Source: Podarcis bocagei (Eukaryota). From it: a stretch of DNA of 64,000 nucleotides. The DNA is taken from NCBI GenBank assembly GCA_964188305.1, contig OZ076889.1, one strand, 5' to 3'. The notes below the pieces were generated by a model. The model did no database searches. It had not been told where the DNA came from and saw only the letters and a program-made list of their open reading frames with translations. Of this stretch, positions 53,119 to 64,000 are shown piece by piece. Numbering within the stretch: position 1 is the stretch's first letter; every line of letters starts with the position of its first letter. The translations under genes were made by a program, and so were the position numbers.

Positions 53119-56100
53119 GTCTATACTATAGGAACATTCCAACCTTTCCTGCAAGTCTCTCATTCACACTTTGCTCCAGCAAATGGTTGCAGACAGTGGA
53201 CAGTTTTGCTTTCTAATCTCTTCCTTGTGGAGACTTGAGTAGAATATCCTTTGGGTTGCTGGCCCAGTTTATAAGGGCAGACTGAAATTAGTAGAAGTTC
53301 CTTTAAATTGGCCTTACCCCCCAGAAACCTCAAATAGAATGGCAACTGATCTACATGGACAAATAACCATCCACTTCTCAAGTTGAGTCACACCCTTGCT
53401 ATCTTCCCACCTTTCTAAGGGCTCAACTGATGACAGTAAGAGGATGTAAGACCCAATTAGAAGGGAAACCTGGGCCTTTCACTTGCTGTTTTCTCTCACC
53501 TTTGAATTAAGAACCTGAGCAGAAAACATAATTTAGTTCAGTCAGAACTGAAGTTTGGGGTCTCTTATTAGACCATTTGCATGGACTTACTATGCTTGTG
53601 TGATCTGCGACACCACAAACTGTTCAAAGTTCATTGCTCCCACATTGTATCACCAACTACCCTGGTCACAAACAAAGCAGGACACTCCTCTCCTACTCTG
53701 CATGCCTGCATCCTAAAAGTCAGATGATTTGGGTCAAGTGGCATGGAAATCTTCCCCATGAGAGACTGCTCTTAGGAAGCCCAAGCCAGCACCACAGCCA
53801 GCTGATCAAGATTCTATGATTTCTGGTTTCTCCATAGGAGTGACTGTGTGGGTGAACTGTTTAGCTCTGATCACCTTATAAATGAGAAACCTCAGCTTAA
53901 GTAAAAGTATAGCTCTTAGGGTCAGTAAATCAACTCAAGTATTTTGAGTCAAGCTTCTCTTGAGTAGATGGAGCTTTAATGAAGGACACAGCACTCCCCA
54001 CAGCTTGCAATATCTGATCTACATAGTTTAAGAAAGAAAGTGTACTAAAATGAAATCTGTGTGCTCTTAAAGCCTCTGCTGCAGAGTTCCCTGGTCCTGG
54101 TTAATTGATCTTTGGGTTCAACTTCAGGGTGACAAAAGGTGGACCTAAACATCAACAAAATATCTTGAGCAGTGGGTGCTGGCCCAAAGACTGCTACATT
54201 GTCTGCTTGCATAATGTCTCTGTGTGTCCTGGCCCAGACTCTGTAGCGCTAACCACAAACCCCTCTGATCCAGGGCATGGAAAACTGCCATATTCAAGTG
54301 AGAACCTGCCCAAAGAACATATGAAAAGCTATTCACTGATTTGGAAGCAGGGCAGTGGCCCTTCCCTTGGCCCTCCAAAGCTCATTCTTCTGACAAAACA
54401 CTCATCAACCAATCCTTTTGATACTCTAGCTACCTGTACCAGCACAAAGTAACCTCAACTGGGACATAAAAATACTCCTAGAACTTTTCTCATCATCAGC
54501 CCAACAACAAGAAGTGTGACTGACTCAGGCCCCCACTGTGACAGATGCAGTCCTAGGTGCCATCTCCACAAGCCATATTACGGAGCCTGGTGCATAATAA
54601 GTGCTTTGTTCTCTCTCTTCTTCTTGGAAATCTTTTGAAGAGACAACTGATGGAAAGAGATAACCCAAACCTTGCTGTGGAACTGGTACTAGATGCTCAG
54701 CAGGGTATTAGTGTTCATTCTTTCATTTTTCTAATTTGAAAAGATCATAATAGGGGAGTAAGACTTATTCTATATTCATCTCAATAAATTCATCAGACTT
54801 TGTTATTTTGCATGGAAACTAGATGATTAAATGACATCTATTCCCCCCCCCAATAAATAGCACTACTGTATCTGTATCCAGCCTTGCTCTTTGGTTCAGT
54901 CATAGTGTGAGTGCTGCAGTCTTGATAAACAAGCAAAGTGGAACCAGGTTTCATGAAATCCAGAGGGGAAAACCTCTTCTCTTGACAGTGTTACACATAA
55001 CTTGGATAACTGCCTTTTAAAATCGGAGGATATCCTTGAAAGAACTACCTAATCTGTCATGATCTGGACTCAGGAGAATAGTTCCTCAAAGAGGACTTCT
55101 TCAAGGACACAATTCAAAGCCTTGGAAATAAAAAAAAGGACCTTTCTGCCTCAAAAGTGAATACAAAGACAAATTTGTTCTACAATAGAGAGAATTTCAC
55201 TGGCTTTGGGAGTAGATTCTCTATCTTAGAAGCGCCAATGGGCCTCTTGTATGTATTCCCACCTCTACTGATCCTAGGCAAGGTGCTTTGCAATATTGTA
55301 AGAGACTTGGGTGATCTCAGTCACCCTGTATTTATCTAATGGATTGTGGATTCACAACTTATGAGAGTGGATTCACAACCTACTGTGTTCCAAAACCCAG
55401 TAGCTTATCCACACCTGTACATTCTGAATCTGACCACTTGGTGCCCTAAGCCAGGAGCATACAAGGTCTTTGGTATTTGATGTGATATTCACTAAGACAG
55501 TCCACTAATAGAATTTATGAAGCTAGCTGGAGGACATTTGTGTCAAAACCCTACTAAGGGTTGGCCCAATACAATTTGGCACCTGAGGCAAACCACAAAA
55601 CGCTGCCCCCCACCCCGCCAGGGAAGAAGGGGTAAGTGAAGATCTACAACAGGAACAAGGAAGTAATAAATATTTACATCAGGATCTGTTGCCTCTGTGG
55701 AACCTGCCACCTGAGGTGGTCATCTAACCTTGCCTCATAGGTGGACCAGTCCTAGCCCTAGTCCCCCACATCCTAGATTTTCTACAAGATGGGATATAAA
55801 GGCCTTCTGCCAAATACTCTGAAGAGGTAAAGGTGGTAACTTTGAAGAGTGTTATCTACAACAGCCAACCACAGAGAATATTTGGTGCTTCCATAGATTT
55901 TGGAGTGACACATAAGAAAAATTGGAGAAACAACTACTGGAAAAGGAAAAAAATATAGGAGGACAGGCAAACAGGTAGCAAGCAGACACAAGACTTAGTT
56001 GGTGGGAGGGCCTGACTTAATGGGGCATAAGTTCTGCAGGCCTGATCTAAAACCATATGAGGCAAACTAAGGTCATTAATTAGGATAGGTATGAACAGGA

Positions 56101-59100
56101 GAACAGATAAATCAGAAACAAAAAAATAAGGTCTAAACATCAAGTGAAAAGGCACAAAAAGAATGCTTGTTCTGAAGGACGAGAAAAATAATTTAAAATT
56201 TGCAGCAGGACTAGGGCTACAACCACATCATACCTCTTATATATTACAAACCACTACAAATCTGTGAAAGGTGAACTTGGGATGAGCATAAATAAATGCA
56301 TAAACATGAACTGTTGCTTTTTTCTGCTGCAGGATAAATGATGTCCTCTTTGCTGCTCTTTCCCTGCTTCAGGTACCCTTTCCACCTTTAATATCCAACT
56401 GTCTTGTCCTTTTATACTCTTAGACATTTGTTCTGTGCCTTATTATTTTACTATTGCTCATTATTATTTGTATACCCATTTTTTAAATTTGAAAATCTGC
56501 TGGGATGTGGCTTTTTAATTTTACATTGCACACAGCATTCTGCACAGCTGGCTTCTGTTGGAAAATAGCAGAGACAATTTATGCAAAGCTTGATCCGCAT
56601 GGAATATTGCATGTATAACTAAAATAGGATGGGTACAGTTTCACAGTGCAATCCTATACATGCCTGCTCAGAAGGAATTCCCAGAGTTCAATAGGCTTAT
56701 TCCCAGATAGATGTTTATAGGATTGCAGCTCAAACCACACTAATTATGCACATATTATGCACATATGTATGCATCCTGAATATTCACACAAGGGATCGTG
56801 AGAAATAAAAACTTAAAGTCCAGTAAAAGAGAAATAAAACAGCTATCTTTAATAAAAGAAATCATGAACCAATATTGTTCCTAAGAAATGTACTACTTAG
56901 GAAATTCAGTGTGATAAAATATCATGTAAGTTATTGCTGTAGTGTGGTATTTTGCTTTAAGATCCTTGATCTAAACAAATCAATACTGTCATGAATATTA
57001 GGTTTTAAAGCTACACACTGAAGACTGCTTATTTGTTGTCCACAACAATAATGCGTTAAATGTGATTATTTTTTTTGAAGAATGGCTTATATTTGTCTTC
57101 TTTGCAACTGCATGGGTTTATCCTGATTCAGAGACCCACCCACGTTTTGACTGCATTTGTGAACATGTTGATCTAGATGATATAGAAGTATAAGGCGTCA
57201 ACTGAAATTTTGGCAGATTATGCCCACATCTCCACTCACTGGGAAATCTCCTCAAAAGCAAAAACCCCAACAACTAGAAGCTGCCTGATCTGAAGCAGGA
57301 TACTAGTCCAGATAGCCTTGGAAGTGAGCCAGGTTGAAAGTGAGGCTTCATCATGGACAGCTTATGTTTTGGTTTAATCCATGACTATTCCCATCAGCAA
57401 CAAATTCAATAATGCAACTAAACAGAGAGTAAGTGGACAGCTGTGTCCCCTCCATATCCATGTGGAGATCTGATTCCTTGACAGGCCTGAAACAGTGAAG
57501 AAAGGATGGGGAAGGCTAATATGCACCCACCCCCCTCTCACACTCCCTCCCTTATGGCAGTGGCAGCCGCAGCCGAATCTGATTTCTTGCAGCGTCCTCA
57601 ACACAGTGCTGCACGCACATGCCTTGGGCCACCTTCAAAGTGTTGAGGGGCGGATTAGCTGGATTAGGGAGGCTGTGAAAGGAGCCATGCTGCTCGGGAG
57701 GAAGTCTCGCTGGGGGCGTGCTAAAAGAGCCATTTTTACCTGTCCTGGCTTCTCTGAAAGGCCTGCCAGCCGCTAGCTGGCCTATGGCTGTCAAAACACG
57801 TCCAACCAGGATCCTGTTCACCATGGAAAAGCAGCTAGCTCCATCAAGACAAGCAAGGGAGCCCAAGCACCCCATTAAACTGACACCCTGGGGCTAAACA
57901 TTGCTGAGGGCCGAGGTAGGGGGAGATGTGCAGCGCCGTGTCCCTTGGTGCTTGTTCTCTAACAAACCTAGTCTGACAAAGACAGAGACGCCAGGCTGCT
58001 TTCTAAATAAACAAGGCAGAGGGGGTGGAGGTGGCTGGCAGGCTGGATGGGGGAGCTGGCTTTAAGGAGAGCACTGAAAGGCCCGTTTGAGGCCTACTCT
58101 CCATTCCCCAGGCCTGGCCTGGCCTTTTGTTTATCCCAGACCTAAATTAATGTCTTTATTTACCAGAAATCCGAAGGGCTCAGGTTCCCAGTGTGGAGGG
58201 GGCGGGTGAGGGAGAGGAACGGCATGAAGGAGCCTTGGCCAAAGACGAGGGGAGAGCCCGACCCCCGAAAAAGGGGGCTAAAAGAGATTCAGTTGGGAGC
58301 CATTCACTGCTAAGACTCCTGTCAGCATTGACATAAATTTCCACTGGTGTTGGCATTTACGCATTTGGCATTTCCATATGTATAGAGTTGCCTGGACTAA
58401 TTATGCTAATCATCCCCTCTGTTGGCCGCTGTGAAAAATGCCCACATTAAGCACTCCACTGCCTGCTAATGTGACTTAATGTGCGGTTGAAACATACATT
58501 CATCCCCCTCTGAATGGCGAAATTTTTCCACATTGCTGCCTTCATTCAGGCAAGAAATGAATTTTTTGAACTCAGACCACTTTTCCAAGCCAGGGGGGAT
58601 GGATCAGAGAATAACACTCTCTCCTTCTCTCTCCACTTTCTGTTCCCCACTCACAGCTCTTGCTAATAAAATAAAAAATAAAATCTCTAGGGCTGGGTCA
58701 GACACCCTTCTTCACATATCATTTAAAAATGGAATCTCCATATGTACAACCAGATCAGCGAGGTGGGGAGACCCCATCTTTATCTAGAAGCATCCGTCCT
58801 CTCACTCTTCTCTTGTCCACCCCCCCCCTCAACAAAAGGAGCTCTTTCCTCCCCCAACCCTTCAATTCTTTGGGAAACTGAAACAGCCTGAGTGGCAACT
58901 CTAGCAAGTTTGAGCTAGTCTAAGAAAAGAAAGATCCTTTCAAAGCCGGCCATGGTCACAGTAGAAGATGCCTCTTAGAGCAAATGTCAAAGCAGAGGCA
59001 GAAAACAAAGCAGATTTAGAGGATAATGGCCAACGCTCTCCCACTCTTTCTCTCTCTTTTAGAGGATAGAGAGGCTGAAGGGTATCCTCAAATACACTAT

Positions 59101-62100
59101 TTTTTAAATAGTAGTTACAACACTTTCTATTCTGCAGGTATTATTTACTACTTGCATGTGCAATCACATGTGCAACCCTCGCAGCAGTTATTAGCAATCA
59201 CAATAAATACTATGAAGCATATGAGAATTGTTCAATGATTTTTTTCTTCTTCAAGTGTGGTTATAAACAACTGCATTTAGTTAACTCCAGTGTTACTTTG
59301 CTACTGGCATTTACTACCAATGGAAATTGGTAATGACTTGGTGACAAAGAAAAAGAACAAAACTAATGGCATTTCCCTCTTTGTTGGACTTTATCCTAGT
59401 TTGTCATCATCGTTCCTACCTGCACTGATAGTAGCATTTTTCCACTGTGGCCCATAGACAATTGCTTTTTCATTTGTGTGGTGTTGTTTTTAAAACGTAT
59501 CTATGGATTCTGCCCAGCTTAAAACCTCTTTTCTTTATTGTGCCAAAGTTTATGTGTTGAATTCTGTCAAATGCCGGCCAAAGAAAAGACAAGAGAAGGG
59601 GCAAGGTGGCTATGGAAGAACCTAGGAAATAGGTTGGCTTAAGACTAGACTGATCATTACCTAAGACTTCCACAACAGGAGGTTTGTTTAATATATAGCA
59701 AGTGTGGGAGAATCATCACTTCTACAGAAGGAAGAGAAACACATAGAATATTAACCAAATCTAAACTATCAAAGGACATACCAGCAGACATCTCTTAAAA
59801 AAAACCTACAAGAAATACAGTTTCTTTCTTGGAAACAATGAGAAATTGTCTATAAAATTTTGGAGGGTATGAGGGAAAGATGCTGGGACACACTCCAAAA
59901 ATAGTGCAGAAACTGTGTGCCCCTGTGGCAGCCTGATGGACTTCTTTATGGAGGAAATTTGATAGGCCTTAAGTTTATACCCAGACTCCCTGAATTACCT
60001 AGCTTCTCCTTTCGTTGTTGGATTCACATACTTCCCCTGCATCACAACATTCTGGAGTTTGCTTTTCCACTTTAAATAGTCCAGTTTACTTTCACACTGT
60101 CTATGTGAGATTATAAATTCTTTTTTGTAGATTCCTTAATTCTGCTGCCAGCCTCCTTTGCCTCTAAGGAATGCAAATGTCCAACAATATGGGAAGAACA
60201 CTTGTTCACGTCACCCATCTCCCCCATGGCTCTCATCCTTCCTGAAGTTGTCCTCTCACTCTTATCAGCACCAAGGCCACTTCAGAGGCTTCTGCTAGCC
60301 ACAAGGCCACCCACCTCTGCTGGCCACCCAAGAACATTACGTACATATATACACTGAAGCCCCCTTGGCCTCTGCACTCAGCTGCCTTGGGGGCTTGTTT
60401 ATTTGCTCTTGTGAGCGAGGTATGCAGGCCCCACATCCACAGTTTATTTATCTGTTCAGAAGGAGAGTTCAGAGTAGAAAAGCCTCATTGAATATATACT
60501 GGGCCTTCTAGTATTTCTCACATGGCCTGCTTCATGGGGTTCATCTCCAGTCTCAAACACCCTGAGGTCTGACCTGATTTAAAGGCTGCTTCACCTCTCC
60601 CATCTGCAGGAATATCAGGCTAAGTTTGTAAAGGTGTCAGGCGTCAGCTCTCTCAGACTAGATAGACTCAGAACCCCAGCACTCTTTAAAGGAACCATTC
60701 TTTGCTATCATTTCAAATGGGCAGTTTAGACATCTTTCACTGGGCATCAGATACAGATAAGCCAATGGTGCATGATTGTTATACTGAGCTGAAGTCCCTA
60801 AATGAGGCTAGGTTCCCCAGTCATTCTGAGCTAAATGCCCAGTTTGTGTACCCTACAAGCATCCAAACTACAGAATCTCCCTCCTTTACAAGTTACCTCT
60901 AGTCATATATATTTAGATGTTCACTCCCTCAAAACACTACTGAGAACTGAGCTGCATCTGGCATCAAAGTATTCTCCCAGGTTATAAAGTAGAAATTCAA
61001 TCACGCCACTCCAGGAGTTGGCTTCACTAAATCCTGTGCTAATTAATTAATTCCTTTTTAAATATTGACATTATCCTATCCCAAGATATAGGCCAGTACA
61101 GTGAAATAATTTCATTTTCTCCAGCATGAAGGCATCTTACAACACTTTATCCTGGAAAATGTCACTACTGTCCTCTCTGGGTGTTCTGACTCATTCAAGA
61201 TATAGAAACACGTTCAAGGTCAATTTTGACTGCCAGCTCAGAACAGCAACTGGGCTCACCACCAAGTCTTTTGAACAGTACCTTCCAGATCTCTGCATAC
61301 TGGTCTTATCACCTCAGCATGCTGTCTGCAATCTGTCCAGCAAGGGTGTCTATCCATTGCCCCAGCAGTAATCCATCAAACTCTTCATTTCTTCCGAATC
61401 CTTGCAAGTTCCAGTATGGGTGGGCAAAAATCCTTCATTGGTTTTTCTTGCCTCCCCACACTCTCAGGAATTCAAAGATAAAAACATTTCCTCTGGCAGA
61501 ACAGCCATTCAGTAGCAGCAACCTTTAAAAAGGCCCTGCAGCCACATAGCTACACCAAAATGTTCTGGTTAAAGATTAAACCTGCCTTTCTTTGAGGTCA
61601 CCCTTAGCCTATAAATCAACCATGACCTTTTGCCTCTCCAATGCTGGTTTGTTTTCAAGCCCCAAGCTCTAGGGTTTAATTCCCACTCAGCAGTCTACCC
61701 TGGTCATAACAATACCAACAGGCAAGTACCTTTATAGAGGTTTACCTATAAGTGCCTACAGTCAGTTCCTGTTGACATCAGCTCTTGGCATTTTCCCATC
61801 CACTGCATTTTTTATTTTTAAGCTGTGAACCGCCCTGAGATCTACAGGTGAAAGGCGGTATACAAATTTAATAGATAATAATGACTGGTTGAGATGACTG
61901 GTGTCAACACTGTTGTAGAATAGATCACACACTGAGACACCTGATCTTTAGTCAAGATGGGTAACCTTGCTGTTTTCAATTGAGTTTAATTCAAGGCTTT
62001 CAGCTGTTATTGCACAGAAGGGGACCCAGAAACTGGAGAGAAATGCACACTTGCCATATAAACTGTTGCATGGGGTAGATGTGGGATATATTCGTGCATT

Positions 62101-64000
62101 TTACACCAAATTGTTTACAGACTTCAACACTCCTCCTTTATCTCAACATTTCCAAAAATAAGATGCCAATTCTAACAAGACTTGGTGGATATTCATGGAA
62201 TAGATCTTTCTTAGTTCCTCACAGTCCTCTGAGGTCACTTTGTCCATAGGAAACAAAGCCAATTTCTTAAACATGAGCATTTACAGTAAGAGTGGAATTA
62301 AGGAAAAGGCATACAGTATATGCCCAAACTGTGAGAGAGGAGCTCAGTCTTTCACTGTTAAAGCCAAATGCCAATACAAGGAACAAGCAGAGCCTGCTGT
62401 TAAGATGGACCTGGGATGACACACTGCCATCCCTTTAATACCCAGCAGGTCCCTTGTCTCCTCTCCTCTCCTCATCTAAACTAAACAACAGTGTGAAGTC
62501 AGAGTGCATCTGTGGATACAACACAGTTCCATGGACAGAATCTACCAACCACATCATATAACCCCCAAATGGGATATCAGTAGGGCAAACAGCTCATTCA
62601 CCAATATCAAATTGTTTGATCTATTCCCACAGTGTTTCCATTTATCTGCCTCAGTAAAATTCAACACCATTCATAAATAAGGGTCAAATGGGTCAATTCA
62701 ATTTGGCAGTTCTTTAAACTCATGTTTATCTATACTCCTCCCTACTCTCTCTCTCTTGTGGACAACACACACACCAACAGAGAACTTTCTAAGGGCCAAA
62801 CATACAGGTCACAGAAGCATATTCCTTCTTTTAAACATGTTTTCTCCTGCTATCTCTCATGTTGTTCGGTGCTGATGAGAGTTATATTCCCAAATATCTG
62901 GAGGTCACCATGTTGGCAAAGGCTGATCCACAACAGCATTGCAAACGGAAGAGGTTGGTAGGAGGAGGAGTTTAGGGAGGACGATTGGGCTGGAAGGAGA
63001 GACAGCTATGGTTACACTAACGCCTAGAATGATACCCCATCTGTTTTAAGGAACCAGATGTTCTGTTGTTTTCCACTATACACAAGGTCAGGGTGCTTCA
63101 CCCTGCACACACACTCTGGCTCACACACTCTGCATGACAGCTTCATGTTTTGAGCACAAATACACTCAACCATCTTTTCCAGGGTGATTGAAGTGTACCA
63201 CAGTGCAAAAAGTGTGAGAAGCTACCACAGATATTTGTTCATAGAACAGTGGTGAGTATGGGGACTGTGACCTTCAAATAAGAGTCAATGGTCACTTCCT
63301 TCAAATTATGTGTTTCTGGATTTGTCTAATTTAAGTTAGTGAAAAGCACCACTGGTAGAAAGAGCTTCTATACTATACTATCATTATGAAAAGAAGCTTT
63401 CTCCAGAGGCATTTGTACAGGGCTATGCACAAATCAGATCAATCAAATGTGGCAAAGGTCATGGCATAAACAAAACTCAGTCATGGAGCAACTGCCATAT
63501 TACAGAATGGCTAGGCCTGTGGGTAATTTGCAGTTAGATTCAGCTGGTTTTTCATTATCGATGCTGCATGTTGCTTGTCACGGATGCAAGGGAAGCTAAG
63601 GAATTTCTGGTCTAGGAATCCAAATCTTGACAGCAAACCATTTCTGATCCAAATGGCCCACAACAGAGGATAAGGGGGATGCAGTACAGTTCAAAGCTCA
63701 GCTTCACAGAAGTATCCTCAGAGCGCCATGGGGTTCCAATGAAAGGAGCCTGCGTCACAGCAATCAAGTAATCACAGCAACATTTTACACACTGGAACTA
63801 TCCACAACAGGAGATCTACAGCTGTGAACTTTTTCCACTTCTACTTGTATGCCAGCTCTTCCCAGCCAGCTTTTTTGCCACACACCAAGCAGCCAACCGA
63901 AAGACAATATTGCAAAGCCCCACTTGGCAAATGCCAGCCAGCTGAGAGGATAAACTGTGATTCAAGGAAATGCAAGTGATAAATCAGAATATCGTTTTTT

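Noticed and set aside
40694-64000. PTCH2 exons 1-2 or a nested gene in this region
   Set aside because: I could not find the expected exon 2 peptide (...WLRA.FQ..LF.LGC.IQ...LWVE) or any other convincing exon chain by eye. A tblastn search would settle it.

Overview
This is vertebrate genomic DNA. The SINE, MITE and LINE content points to a squamate, probably a lacertid lizard (inference). Two spliced genes lie tail-to-tail. On the + strand are the last 11 coding exons of HECTD3 (HECT E3 ligase C-terminus, 846-5923, 361 codons including stop). On the - strand are 21 coding exons of the Hedgehog receptor PTCH2 (exons 3-23 by PTCH1 numbering, 40693 down to 17149). All of these exons have GT-AG boundaries and a continuous frame. 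PTCH2 exons 1-2 were not found, so 40.7-64 kb is probably a long intron 2. Between the genes are a GC/CpG-rich island (~7.9-9.15 kb) with no recognisable coding gene and a probable ~3.4 kb PTCH2 3'UTR. I see no prokaryote-type system and no clearly new gene family. The best leads are: (1) a PTCH1-like extra exon and long cytoplasmic tail in this PTCH2, lacking PPxY motifs; (2) the orphan CpG island with a GLI-type site and possible antisense transcript; (3) GLI-site clusters in PTCH2 introns; (4) a MITE carrying ETS/NRF1/CRE motifs just upstream of exon 3; (5) a gene order that differs from human. Comparisons to human and other proteins are from memory and need checking by alignment.
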